DNA of 64,000 bases from the human T2T-CHM13v2.0 reference genome, Homo sapiens. This document shows positions 22,861-42,410 of the stretch, piece after piece; position 1 is the stretch's first letter; the number at the start of each line of letters is the position of its first letter. The translations under genes and the position numbers were made by a program. The DNA is taken from assembly GCA_009914755.4 (NCBI GenBank), contig CP086569.2:22752001-22816000 (forward strand), written 5' to 3'. The notes below the pieces were generated by a model. That model worked only from the letters and a program-made list of their open reading frames with translations, had not been told where the DNA came from and did no database searches.

Positions 22861-25800
22861 TGGAATTGTGACATGGAAGACCTATACCCTAACTGGCATC
22901 CTGAGTGCCGCAAGCCATTGACTCACAGGGAACACATGAAACATCTCACTTCATTAGGCAGGCTAGGCTGATGGTACTGAATATTGGAGATCCAGAGGCA
23001 AGAGAGAGGGTCTAGTCCTGCCTGCTGGGGCAAGGGCAGCGGCGGTGGTTTTCGGGGAGTGGGGCCGAGGGGGCATCTGGGAGGAAAGTCATCTGGCACC
23101 TTCCTGGGGTGGAATTCGTCAGCACCGGAATTCAAAACCCCGCAAGGACTCTTTCAGATCTAGGGAAATACAGACTCCAAGTTCCATGCATCCTCCCTAG
23201 GATGTTGCACTCCCAGGGGTATTCCAAAGGATCTCTTGTCCTATGCCCTGGGCACACCAGAGACAAGCTGCCGTGGTCGCCCATCCAATGACCTGTGTTC
23301 ACTGCCTTGGTGGCGCAGAGGCTGCTGTGAGTGCAGCACCCACCGGCCGCGGTGCCTGCTAGCGGGGCTCTGGAAGTCCAGGGCCTCTGCCTATGGCTCC
23401 TGTATGCAGCTAACCATGCAGGGAATCTGGACCTCATGGTGACTGCGGCGGACTGTGGGCCCTGCGGGACTCCCCAGGAATCCTGGGTCCACGTAGGTGT
23501 GAGACCGTGATTCTCAGCTAGGCGAGGCCCCCGGGCCTCTCGAGGAGCGGCCCCCAGAGTCTAGGGGTGCCAGGGGCGTGGGGTGGGCGGCTCAGACCTT
23601 GGTCTGTGGGAGCCCTAGGAGGGCACCGTGTTAAGTCTGGAGGCTCTGCGGGAGAGGGCGGCCTGGGGGGAAGAGGCGTGCTCCTGGTAAATGACATCAC
23701 GACAGAAGTGGAAGTGGTGGCCAAGGAAGAGGCCGACGTGGAGCAGCAGCAGGAGGACCACTGGGCAGAGCCGGGCCCTGGCCCCAGTATGCCCCGGCCC
23801 GCAACGGACTCGCTGGAGGTCCATCATTTGCAGCTGGGCTTTGTAAATGCCTCAAGCCACAGGGCATCCCCGGTTTCCGGGCCAGAGCCATGTCTTCGCA
23901 GCTGCTAATTCGGGATGGCTGGCAGCAGGGGGTGGGCGCCTAGGTCCCAGGAGCAGGGTTGCGGGGAGCCAGCTGGTAGGCACTGGAGGTCATCCAGGAG
24001 TCAGGGGATGAGGAACAATGAAGGGAGCAGAGGCCAGACTTCTGCAGATAGGAGGGCAGCTTGCTTGCAGTTGCCCTGAGAGCACGTAGAGTAGGGACAG
24101 GAAGCAAAGCACAGCACTCACAAGAGAGAATAGGAGCGCAAAGGACCCTTTATGCACTGCAGAAAGTCGAAGGGCACATTTCCCTGGGAAAGTCCCTGGA
24201 GGAAGGGGAGTCTCTATGCCCATGCCAGCCATGGAACTACCCCTATTCCCTGTGCCTGTGTCCAGCAGGCTTACCCCAGAAACACATGGTGCTCAAGACT
24301 TGGGCCCAGATATGGACCAGGGTCACAAATGATGAAGTCCTGCTGAGCTACATGATGGATTTGCAGGTTAGGCTGCTGAGCCTGAATCTGTGGGAGTGGT
24401 CCAGTGCCTGGGTGAGGTTGCGGTCCCCCTGGGGCCCAGGGGTGTCTAAGCAGGACAGCTGAGAAGGGGAAACACATGCTTCACTCCAGCTAGCAGGCCA
24501 CTTCAGTCCAGCTACATGAAATGGTCCTTTGAGTCCATCCTGTTTCTCCTTCTTGACCAGGTAGATGGAGGAACTCAGCCACCCCAGGTACTGGCATCAG
24601 GATGAAGGTTTCCTTTTGTAACAGCCTTTACTTCCACAATGAAGTGATCATTCAGGAGTACTGCGTTGGCATCCTTGGTAAGGAGTGCCTCCCAGCAAGG
24701 TAGGGGAGGTTGTGTGTGGGAGGGTATGTCTGGCATGAACCTTCCTGATTCCTATCCCTCCAAGAAACAGGGTGTCTCATTCCACTGCAGTCCAGTGGTT
24801 GTGGGATCATGAAGGTCAAGCCTCCAGCTGCAGGCAGTACACCTACATCTGACCTTCTTCAGCTGGTTGGTTGCCCCTGGCTACCCAGGTCCCGGCAGGA
24901 TTGCTGAGATGGGTGCCACGGTGGGGCATCATGGGAAAAACCTTGCTGGTCATTCCTTGGCCTCTGGGGAACTGGCTTTGAGCCATGACCTGACCTGTCC
25001 TGTACCCCCTTCTTCAGTCCCCCAGATCATCAGCCAGGGCCTGTGGCTCAATCCCCTTCAGTACTTCCCGAGGGAGGGAGGCCATTAGAGAGGGAACAGA
25101 GAGGAGGTCAGGTTAGGAGAACCCAAGCTTCAGGGAAGAGACTGCAGTGAGCAATCCCAGGCCATCCATGGGCTGAAGGAGAAACGGACTTCAGGGAACT
25201 GTAACACTCACATTTCAGGATTAGGGCACCTTAAGTCACCTGAGAGGCATAAGTGTCTAAGGTCAGTGGGTGAGAAGCAAGTCTTAAGGGATAACTTGCT
25301 CAACATCTCTAGTTGGCTCCCTTCCCCACCCTGAGGCTGACTAACACTTGGGGCTCAGTTTGGGCTCAACCAGGGCCCTCTCACCCTCCATGCAGATGTC
25401 CCCCCAAGGCCTGTCTAGGTCTGCGTCCTCCCAGAATGGCTCTCCCAGGCCCATCATTTTCGGTTACGATGAACCCAGGCTCCCCTGACGTGATTTCTCC
25501 TTTCTGCCGTCTTCACTCACACTTCCCTGCTACCCAGACAAAAGAGGCCACTACACAGAGAATCTGGAGGACCACATTGGGCTCAGAGGAGGAAATGTGA
25601 AGAGACTGCAAAATGGCTGACTCCTCTGGTATGTGCCCAGGGAGGGAAACTGGCCGGGAATTAAGACCCACTTGGGTACTGGTGTGGACACCCAGTGTTG
25701 CTTATCATGATGAAGACCTGCTTTGTCGCATCACCTAATATTAATATGGAGGTTATTTTCTTAGAATAGTGAAACAAAGAGTATGAAGAAATAGTGTTTG

Positions 25801-26196
25801 TTCAGATTTGTGTGGAAATACTGCAGACACATCCATTTTCTGTTACAATTCTTATGTGAGACTTGAAGTGCTTACTGAGTTTTAAGATAGATTTTGATTG
25901 TTCTGCTCCTGCAAATTTTATGATCATTTTTGCAATATAGAGACATAGAATCCAGAAAATTTTTAAGTGACTTTCAGCTTCTTTTAGAGTACATACTTAT
26001 AAATTTTGATTTTTTTCCCCTTGTGGTTCTCTTCAGTATATTATTTGTACTTTATATGCAAGCTGATACATTTGTTTTTTTTAAATTTGCCTCTTGTGCC
26101 ACCTTTGTTTAAAGGACATTTTTTTCCTGTTAGATATGTGAGTTTGCCTGTGAGCTCTTTTTCTAGTACAGATTTTTTTTTCCATTTTTTTAGATT

Positions 26197-26227
26197 TGTG
26201 TGTGTGTGTATGTGTGTGTGTGTGTGT
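26197..26227. repeat. (GT)n microsatellite abutting Alu
   Basis: tgtgtgtgtgtatgtgtgtgtgtgtgtg. Confidence 0.9.
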
Positions 26228-26510
26228 TGAGACAGAGTCTGGCTCTGTAACCCAGGCAGGAGGGAAGTGTCATGATCTCAGCTCACCTCAACTTTAGCCT
26301 CCCAGCTTCAAGCGATTCCGCTGCCTCAGCCTTCCCAAGGAGGTGTGATTACAGGCGCATGCCACCATGTCCAGCTGATTTTTGTATTTTTAGTTGACAT
26401 GAGGTTTCACCATATTTGCCATGCTGGTCTCAAACTCCTGACCTCAAGCGATCTGCTCGCCTTGGCCTCTTAAAATGCTGGGCTTACAGGTGCAAGCCAT
26501 GATGCCCGGC
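26228..26510 (-). mobile_element. Alu SINE (antisense), paralog of 5795-6076
   Basis: gagacagagtctggctctgtaacccaggcaggagg...cagcttcaagcgattc...catgatgcccggcc. Confidence 0.9.
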
Positions 26511-28178
26511 CTCATTTGTTTGTTTATGTATTTTAACCCTTGTTGTATTGTCTTCGTGAACACGTATTTTAGAGTTATTGAAATAATATGCTTTATTTAT
26601 TTACTCAATACTTAAGTAGGATTTTAAAAGTAATGTTTTCATTCACTAAATACAGTATTGTGAATAGGTTAAACCTTGTATAGTATTGTCATTTTCTTTT
26701 TCATAAATTCTTCAAGAACTCTGATACTGTTTTTCCCCCACCTGAGGAGAATATGCAGATAGTTACAAAACATTGTGTGAGTTAGTTGGGATAAAAATAT
26801 AATTTGAAAGACTAATATTCACAAATACAATTCCACATTTGTATTTCGCATCATTTTGAAAATTTTTTTTGCTGATAAATAAAATCCTGCATTCACGTTC
26901 ATGTTAAATATGAACTTTTGAATCATTTTCAAGAATGAAAACAATCCAAGGCCATGCATTAGTTCAGGAAGTAGTAGAAAGCAGTTATTACGAAGAAAAG
27001 CCATATTTATTGAAGGTATATTTAGATAGATTTTGGAAGGCTAAGTCAAAATTTTCCTTGTTGATGCTCTGGCGTTTTATCATACTGTGACCAGACTGTG
27101 GCATCAGTAGTTATAGTCACTAGGCTACCAAAGTCCCTGGGCTGCCGTAATTATTATTGAGGAAAGTGGCAGTGTGGTTGGTTGTTTAAGGAGACTAGAG
27201 GAGTTCGGAGTTTCTACCCAAGGCACAAGGGCCTGGTTTATTGAGTGACCTTCTTTTGCTGAAGTAGATAATATCCAGGAAAAATGTGGACTCACTGTAG
27301 TAGCTAGGGCTTTGAGACTGGTGAAGCCTATTTGTCTCCAACTGCCATTGTCAGATACTGGTCTGCACATAAATGCTTTTCGTAGGCTCACTGACTCCTG
27401 TAAATTCCAACATAGAATTTGGATTTAAATCCCTATTCCAAATTATTAATCATAGATTTAATAAGTAGATATTAAAACATGTATTCAGAAGAAAAGGAGA
27501 CATCAGATAAGTGCATAATAAATCATCCTGATGAAATACCTTCAAAAATATTACTACAAAAAATCACTGAAGATTAAATGTTAAAAAGTTATTTTAATTG
27601 GGGAAATAGAAAAAGGTGAGACTCGTTTTAAACTCTGAGGTGTAAAGATACTATTATTAGAATAAGAGAATAATATAGAATGTCTGATTTGTGTGTACAG
27701 CAGCATAATAGCTATACAGTATGGCTAGAGATTGAAATCGTATGTAAGAAAACTCAGAGATTAAAAACAGATTTTTTTTAGAGACTTTGTTCTGTAATTA
27801 AAGAATTTTAAAATGGTTTCCTACTGATCAATAATTCACTTATATTTATCATTTAGGCATATGCAGTATACACCCCTTTGTATAGGAACAAAGTTATAGT
27901 TTCTATCATGTAGTAAGAAAAAAATTGATGATGTACCACAATTTCATCAGAGTTTTTGTCCTGAGTAATGAAGCAAACAATGGAACTGCCTATGTCAGGG
28001 TACAGGTGGGCACAGCTGGAAGCTTTCATCACTTGCGCCTAACATTTCTGGATTGTCATTGGTCCCTCCTAGAAAGACAAATGGACTATATCCTTAAGAA
28101 TATATGTTAAATTTAAACCCTAAGTATTAAGATAAGACTACGATTTGTCTCATCACTTCTGTCTCGTCATTACTTTAA

Positions 28179-28571
<393 letters not shown>

Positions 28572-28865
28572 CTTTTTTTGTTTGTTTGTTTGTTTGAGAC
28601 AAGTTCTTCTTTGGTCACCCAGGCTGGAGTGCATTGGCACAATCTTCACTTACTGCAGCCTCGACCTCTGGGCTCAAGCCATCGTCCTGCCTCAGCCTCC
28701 CACATAGCTGGGACTACCTGTGTGCAACATCAACCAGGCTTTGTTTTTGTTTACGTGTTTAGTGATGAAGTCCTGCTATATTGCTGAAGCTGGTATCAAA
28801 TTCCTGGACTCAAAGTGTCCTCTTAGTTTAAGCTCCCACATTGCTGGAATTACCGGGGTGAGTCA
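28572..28865 (-). mobile_element. Alu SINE (antisense, older), second of tandem pair
   Basis: tttttttgtttgtttgtttgtttgagacaagttcttctttggtcacccaggctggagtgcattggc...ctcccacattgctggaattaccggggtgagtc. Confidence 0.85.
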
Positions 28866-31800
28866 ATGAAGACAGACTTGTCACTTTTTAATAACATTTT
28901 AAATTCTACTCTGCAAAATTAACAAGTCAATTTTTACCTTTGAAATTCAAAATTCCAAGTCAAGTTAAGCTACATTTTCATAAAGAAGTAAAAATGAAAC
29001 AAAACAATACAAAACCCTTCTTTTTCCTTTGTACCGAAGTGAGAAAAGAGTTGGGAAGGAAGTCATCTCTACCTTGCTTTACAAATCTGGACTGTACAGA
29101 GAAAGTTCCTCATATAATTTTTGTTAGATCTAAAATCCTGTGAAGTCATCATCAGAACCATCATCTTATAAAACAAAAACAAATCTCCTAGTGGGTCTCT
29201 GATGTGGATTAAATATCTTATAATTAATAATGTATACAAATGTGATTACACTTATGCCTTGAATCATAATATTAAAAATATGAACCTCATTTTTTTAGAA
29301 CAACTACGCTAATAAGAAAAATAACCACTGACCTGGTGTAACAATATGTGGCCTAGAGAGCCAGCATTCTGAACTATTCAGGTTCCTCAGATAGCCCAAG
29401 AGTGATAAGAGCCAAATGGGAGTCTGGACATCGTGGAGGAGTAGCAATTCCAGAATATTTCTTGCTGCCTCAGTCACCAACCAGAATCTGTCATGCAGTA
29501 GAATGGTAGACACCTTCACAACTCTCAGTGGTGCCTCAGGGTGCCTCAGGCCCAGTATCACAGCAGTGTCTTCAGGATCCCTGAGTGCATAGGCAAAGAT
29601 TTATTACAGTACAATCATTAGAAAACCTGAACCTTAAACCTACATCAGGCTTTCCGGAATATCGCTTTTGTCATGATACACAAGGTTCCTAGCTCATCTT
29701 CATTGAAATCAGAAATCTATGAATAAAGAGTCCACAGACAATGGGGTTGCAGAGGAGATAACTAACAGAGGTACTAATAAGCCAAACACAGTGAGGCAAT
29801 TTCTTTTTAGCCTAAAACAAAAAAGTTATTGTATAAGTGAGATGGTCATGCATTATAGAAGTGAATTTGGACAGATAAACTTCCAGCAATGTAATTATGG
29901 GATAATGAATTATAGGACATGGGAAGAGGCAGGCACAAACTTACATGTTCCTGACACAGTGGGCAGCTGTGAGAATCCAAGAGCTGCCAACTATGGAACC
30001 ACTGCAGATCTGACTCCCACAGATGATGATGACAGCCTTCCAAGGCATGGCATATCGCAGATAAATCTGATCTGCCAAAGCCAAGGGGAAAATTCACACA
30101 ATTAATTTGAATAGAATTGCCACATGTAGACCATTTAAAAAAAAATTTAGATCCCTCCTATTTCTGCTAACCAGGTCAGCATTGTTAAATATGACTAGCA
30201 AACACAAACTTCTACCTCTTTTCTGTTTTTCCTTTGTTTTTGTTTTTACATTTTTCTGAAAAAAAAAAAAAAGTTTTCCTTTTACTATTTTTCTAAGTTC
30301 ACAGTTTCTTTATGTCCTAACTTAAATTTCTTCAGTCAAAGTACTGGGAGTCATTCCAGCTTTCTCCCCATTGCAACCTTTACATAGCTATGATTTTAGC
30401 TACTTAAAAGTTATCAAAGTAGATGGGCAACAAAAAATTATTTGATTTGGAGATATTAGATAAACAAGGAAAAATTTGGAGATAAGGCTCCTGTCTCTAA
30501 ATTGGAGGGAGCTTATCTTCCTGAACTTACAATCTTAGTGTGATATCAGAATGACAGTTTAAATAGAACATTCAAGTTTGGGGTTAAGGAAATAGCTCAT
30601 ATTTTAAAAAACATTTGAGAGTTTCTCAGAAAACTGAGTTGAAGCAATGCCAGTTAATGCACATATTACAGATATAAAAACGATGAAGATAGGCTCTCTC
30701 TAGAAGAGGTGAGGAAATATAGATGAAATTAGAAGCATAACTATGATCTTAAGTGTAGTTGTCTTTGAATCAGACTTTGCAGAATGTGAGCAAATAATTG
30801 TGGCCTCCTTTGTGTTTTAATGTGTTATTCACTGTAGCTATGACAATAGGTGTTAGCTATAATATAGCTGTGGTTAAGTGCACATTTAGTACATGACACC
30901 AAAAGAGATCCCTCAGTTTCTAAGGAAATAAGTGGAAGTACAGTAATGTGAAATAGCCATTGCTAATATTGTGATAGGTTTTCTGATAGCCAAGGGAAGG
31001 AGGAAACTGATAATCACAATGTAATACAGTCTAGTACACCAGCACCTAAAACACATTACTTACCAACTGCTATGCTGTTTCCAAACATCATAATGTCTTT
31101 AACTTAAAATATATTCAATTCAAAATAATTCTATTACACATGTAAGATACTGTGTGGTAGAAATGACTTTGTGTTAGGAGAGTGTGTCTTAATGTTAGTC
31201 CTATTCATCTTTTGCCATAAGAACTTGAACAATCCATTCTACTTATCTAGTATAAGAGTAAGCAATTAACATAACTATAGTAATCATGTTTCATGACCTA
31301 TATTATACAGTAATCTATATCATACAGGGATACAATGGAAATTGAATCATAGATCAAGTGTGAAATACCTTTGTAAACCACAATAAAAATAATTTCTGTG
31401 ATTTGGTAGATAAAAAACTCATATATTTTACAGGAAGAGCTTTCTTTCCTCTCTGCTTCCCTCTCTTCTTTTCTAATTCCATTCTCTTCTTCCTTTATTA
31501 CCTCTACCAAGTTTTTGAGCCTTACTCTGAGGCTGTGGCAGAGAGAAGTGTGGCCAAAGAGAAGCAGGGGTGGAGGTAAAAGCTGAAGCATTTGTAGAGG
31601 TAGAGACTGAATGGGACATAGAAGCAGAGGTAGTCATGGGCCCTTGCTTGTACCAGGGAGCATAGCTAGACTGTGTCACTCCCTGGAGTCAGAAAAGGAA
31701 AGGGTGCACTTGGCTGAAGACCTAGGGCTTTGTGCAATGGTCCTCAAAGTGACTCAAGATTCCCACTTGCACCCAAGTGTCCTCTTGCTGTAGATGGCAT

Positions 31801-32707
31801 ACGAAAGGTGCTCCCAAGTCACCTTGCAAGAAACAAGAGGCAAGATATCAAACAATATTTTAAAGGAGGGCCAGAAGTAACTTTTGGTTTTCAAGATATT
31901 CCTCTTTCTCCCTGATATTTATACCCCATGAATTTGTCACCTGATAGTCAGCCATCCACATGGCTTTCTTGGCCTCCACCCAGAAAGTGAGTTCATTCAG
32001 CTTGAGCCAAAATTGGGCACAAGTGCTGACTTGTAGGATGCTCAGGTGCCGTTTTTGCACAATTCCAGGACTTTCTGATAGAAAACAGAGAAGAGGTGTT
32101 TGTGTTTGTCTTCAAATTTTAGCCCACATTAGAGGGAGAAGTATGGTGAAGGGAAAGACAAATCTTTTATTATTCATGAGAGGATACTATTCTCTTCCTA
32201 AACATGCTTCTCTTTCATTCCAGTGTCTTCTTCTTTAGTCACCCCCTCATAAGGGACCAACTACGTAGCCAACAGTCATATAGTTGTATATTTTCTCTTG
32301 TTCCAGACATTGCTCCAGGCGTATAGGAAGGAACCTGGGTTGAAAATGTAGTGGTTGCTTCAGGAAGATCAACCCAGGTCCTAGAGGTCCCTTGGGACCT
32401 AAATAGGGCATGGCATGCTCAAAGGTTACAATCTCAGCTTGGGCAGGATCCTGGAGGTCAATAAGCCCCACTCGGACCACAGCCAGGGCTTCTGCATTTT
32501 TTTGGGGGAAAAAAAAATCAAGGAAAAAATCTTATTATTTCCACATTTCAGTGTGAAAAAACCCTGGAGTTCACGTGAATCACATGAAGTCCAGGTAAGC
32601 ACTCAGTTGCAAATAGTACTTTAGAAACTATTTTCAAGGATCATTTGAGACCAATTGGTCAACATGATGAGAATTTTTCCTTACCAACAGCAAGAACAAC
32701 AACAACA

Positions 32708-32850
32708 AAATTATCCAGATGCAGTAGCGTGTGCCTGCGGTCCCAGGTACTCAGATGGCTGAGGTGGGAGCATCCCTTAATATTGGGAGTTTGAGGCTAA
32801 TGTGAGTCACACCACTGCATTTTAGCCTGGACAATAGAGGGAGAGTCTCT
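32708..32850 (+). mobile_element. Alu right-arm fragment whose tail became a (CT)n microsatellite
   Basis: gcagtagcgtgtgcctgcggtcccaggtactcagatggctgaggtgggagcatccc...ccactgcattttagcctggacaatagagggagagtctc. Confidence 0.75.
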
Positions 32851-32857
32851 CTCTCTC

Positions 32858-32902
<45 letters not shown>

Positions 32903-32935
32903 GTCTCTATCTCTCTCTCTTTCCCTATCTCTGTC
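32846..32935. repeat. (CT)n microsatellite, ~90 bp with a few interruptions
   Basis: ctctctctctcactctctctctctctctct...gtctctgtctctatctctctctc. Confidence 0.9.
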
Positions 32936-33419
32936 TCACACACACAAACAAAAATAAATAAATAAATAGAAAAGAAACATATTCAGTAACAGTCTCAATG
33001 TTTTACTTGCTTTATAATGATATCATAATCTTGAAATGAATTGCTCAGACTTACATAAAATTGACACATCTAGCTGTGCTAATGATCCACTGTTCATGTA
33101 GTATGGAGCCAGCACAAAAATGGGAGAAAAACATTTGTGCAGAAATCACCCAACAGAATTCACCAATTTCTGCCTCTCAGCAGTTGGGACAGACAGGGAT
33201 AATGCCAGGGCATAATCCACACTCTGCAGAGGAACCCACACATGGTATAGAGTGATTAGTGTTACTACCCTTCCTTTTCTAAAATCTAAATTTAGACTTT
33301 TAGAAAAATGCTTGGAAATTCATTATCTTCAATTCTGAGAAAATACATAGAAATATACATTATTCATCCCACAATTTTAGATATAGTACAGAGGTTATCT
33401 TCATACTTCCCCTTCTAAC

Positions 33420-33610
33420 AATAAAGCGTATATATATATACACACACACTATTACATATATACTATATATATACACATATATACTATATAGATGCTATAT
33501 ATAAATATATGTATATATAGTTTATATATGTAGTATATTATTATTTATATCTGATACTAGTATCCAAGATGTTATACTATTATCCAATAGTGTGTGTATA
33601 TATGTATATA
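33420..33610. repeat. TA-rich (TATATAC/TATATAG) low-complexity tract
   Basis: tatatatatacacacacactattacatatatactatatatatacacatatatactatatag... Confidence 0.8.
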
Positions 33611-34629
33611 CCTCAAGTGAAAATAATAAAACCTTTCTAAGGAGTAAGGCTATCTTTAAAATACTGCTGTCTGAATAGAATTGTGTTCATAACACATAGC
33701 TCAAACATCCTGTTTGGCAAAAAAAAAAAAAAAATATTCTCTCAATATTTACACATCTCTGCTGATTCACACAATAACCTAAATTTTGGTTTTGCAACGG
33801 TCTGAGAACATAACCTCTGTTGCTACAAACTCTGGTTTTAGGGTTCAACAGGAGTCTTCATACCAAGTACATTAACTCAAATATCTGACTCGACTAAAGC
33901 TGCCTGTGGTTTCATGGGAAATAACAGCTGTCCTGAAGAGCCAGAAAGCCTGGAAACTTTCTTTCCAAATCACAGCTAGTTGACACTCACCCAGGGAAAC
34001 ACTGAGTTCTGAATACCTAAGAGGTTGTTGTTCAGGCTTGGGTCCAGACTGAGATCCAGGCATCAGGAGAGGTTGTTTTGTTAAAAATGCGGCTGGAGCA
34101 GTATGCAAGGATGAAAAAGAATGAGAAAGAATTGACTCTTTAGTAAATGCTGAGGGAAATATATTCTGAGGAGGATTAGCAAAAGAGCCTATGGATAGCA
34201 GAATAGGAGAGGAGACCAGAGGAGAAATACCTGAGCAAGATGGGAAAATACAGAATGAAAGGAAAGTACAAGAAGAAAAGACTGAACAAGAAGGGGTCAG
34301 TGTACATACAGATGGAAGAGAACAAGAATGAATAAAGAAAAAGCATAAAGAGAGATAAGAGAGGTACTTGGGACATGAGGGCTTTCTTTTGTCTTGATAA
34401 TTTTTAATTTCCTGCCATAGAGCTGGTAAACAACTCTTCCAGGAAGCCAAATGCTTGTAAACTGGCTTGGTTGGATAGAATTGATTTTATATTGGCTTTG
34501 TGTGGCAGTTATCTCAGTTGACAAAGCTATAAAATACCGATCTGGGGAATAAACAGTTTTTACTGGCAAAAAGGGTACACGTTTGGACAAGCAGCCAAAA
34601 TGACTCGTTAATAGTGTTTCTCTGTTCGG

Positions 34630-40589
<5,960 letters not shown>

Positions 40590-40590
<1 letters not shown>

Positions 40591-40857
40591 CTGGACAGGC
40601 TGGGGTGAAGTGACAAGATCATAAGTTACAGCAACATCAAACTCCCTGGTTCAAACAATTCTTTCACCTCAGCCTCCCAAGTAGCTAGGGCTGTAGGCAC
40701 ACTGCAAAACAAGCAGCTAATTTTTAAATTTTATTTATTTTTTCTAGAGACAGCATCTCACTCTATTTGCCAGCCTCCTCTGGAATTCCTGGCCTCAAGT
40801 GAGGCCCTGTCTCAGTTTCCCAAAATACTGAGATAACAGGCAAGAGCCACTGTGGCT
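40590..40857 (-). mobile_element. Old Alu (antisense) marking the right boundary of the tandem array
   Basis: ctggacaggctggggtgaagtgacaagatc...cacctcagcctcccaagtagctaggg...agagacagcatctcactctatttgccagcctcc...aaaatactgagataacaggcaagagccactgtggc. Confidence 0.75.
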
Positions 40858-41559
40858 TCAAAGGCTTTTTAAATAAGTTCCCTATTTCTTAATTTTTTTA
40901 AATCACTGAAAATTCTTCTGGTTTATTTATTTGTGATTAAGGAAAATGCATATCTTTATGTGTATTTACAGAACTGTTAACGTGTTTCTACACCTGCCCC
41001 CCCAACCCAAAAATGCTAGCTTTGCCTTTATGTAGTAAGTACTCAGCAGTCTACTTGTGGCTGATTCTAGATACATAAATTATTATTTCTAGTCATGTGA
41101 CTATGTTGATGGTGGCAGATGGAGGGATCTAGAAGCTTAACTGACAACATCTCGATATTGCTGCCAAAGCTACTGTGATCTGAAGGAATAGAGATGAGAA
41201 GGATATGAGATATGCATTACTCCATCAGGCAATTGATAGCATGTTTTTCCTAAGAGATTTTATAGCATAGCTTTCAATCATTAAAAAATATCCCTGAGAT
41301 AGTTCAAATTCTCCTTTCCTTCCATCCTATCTCATACAAACTTACTTCATAGACTCTTGGATTGTGGCAAATCACCTTACACCAAGTAACAGAATACAGA
41401 ATAATTTCAATGCCTGATATTGTGACTTTACTTCCATTTTTACCCATATAAAGTTGAGTAATATGGACTCATTTGTTTATACATGTTTTATAAATTTCTG
41501 CTTTTATTTCTCCATTAATTTTCTTTTTTATTGTCCACCTCTAAATTATATTAATGATG

Positions 41560-41870
41560 TAGAGGACATGACTTTTGTGGCTTACTCTGATATTGGTATA
41601 TAGCCAGCAGTGAGATTGCTGGATCATATGGTAGCTCAAATTTCAGATTTTTGGAAAAAATAAAAGATTTGGAAGCAACCTAAATGTCCATCAGCAGATA
41701 AAGCGATAAAGAAAATGGGGGAGGGATAGCATTGGGAGATATACCTAATGCTAGATGACGAGTTAGTGGGTGCAGCGCACCAGCATGGCACATGTATACA
41801 TATGTAACTAATGTGCACAATGTGCACATGTACCCTAAAACTTAAAGTATAATAAAATAAAAACAAAAGA
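41560..41870 (+). mobile_element. L1 3' end (ORF2 terminus and 3'UTR), primate-specific-looking
   Basis: ...cagtgagattgctggatcatatggtagctc...ggatagcattgggagatatacctaatgctagatgacgagttagtgggtgcagcgcaccagcatggcacatgtatacatatgtaactaa...ccctaaaacttaaagtataataaaataaaaac. Confidence 0.8.
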
Positions 41871-41879
41871 AAATGTGGT

Positions 41880-42410
41880 ACACATACACAATGGAGTATT
41901 ATTCAGCCGTACAAAAAGAATGAGATCCAGTGATTTCCAACAGCATGGTGGAACGGAGATCATTATGTTAAGTGAAATAAGCCAGGCACAGAAAGACAAA
42001 CATTGCACGTTCTCACTTATTTGTGGGACAAGAAATAAAAATAATTGAACTCATGGACATAAAAAGTAGAAGGATGGTTACCAGAAGCTGGGAAGGGTAA
42101 TGGGGGCCTGGTAGGGAGATGGGGATAGTTAATGGTTTTAAAAAAACATAGAAACAATGATTGTGACCTACAATTTGATAGCACACCAAGATGACTGTAA
42201 TCAATAATAACTTAATTATACATTTTAAAATAATTACAGAGTGTAATTGTATTGTTTGTAGTTCAAGTGATGGGTGTTGAAGGAATGGATACCCCATTCT
42301 TCATGATTGGCTTATTCCAGATTGTATGCCTGCATCAAAACATCGCATGTACCCCATAAATATACACACTTACTATGTCCCCACAAAAAAAAATTAAAAA
42401 AAATAATATT
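41880..42410 (+). mobile_element. Second, older L1 3'-end fragment immediately downstream
   Basis: aatgtggtacacatacacaatggagtattattcagccgtacaaaaagaatgagatccag...gttaagtgaaataagccaggcacagaaagacaaacattgcacgttctcacttatttgtgggac...ggatggttaccagaagctgggaagggtaatgggggcctggtagggagatggggatagttaatgg...ttgatagcacaccaagatgactgtaat + A-rich tail. Confidence 0.75.

Larger units (their letters stand above)
21015..26809. repeat. Paralogous block B of the dispersed direct duplication (partner 1-6373)
   Basis: Collinear with block A (e.g. tgatttgaaatatacaatag... at 273 vs 21377; CpG island 1480-1780 vs 22570-22860; Alu 5795-6076 vs 26228-26510). Carries a ~600 bp deletion relative to A (A 3245-3845). Confidence 0.85.

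Noticed and set aside
29719-30105. 128-aa plus ORF (MNKESTDNGVAEEITNRG...)
   Set aside because: Isolated ORF in AT-rich intergenic DNA. No splice signals or recognisable domain. Expected by chance in 64 kb.
33872-34450. 192-aa minus ORF rich in S/C/L/F
   Set aside because: Low-complexity pyrimidine-rich DNA on the opposite strand. Compositional artefact.
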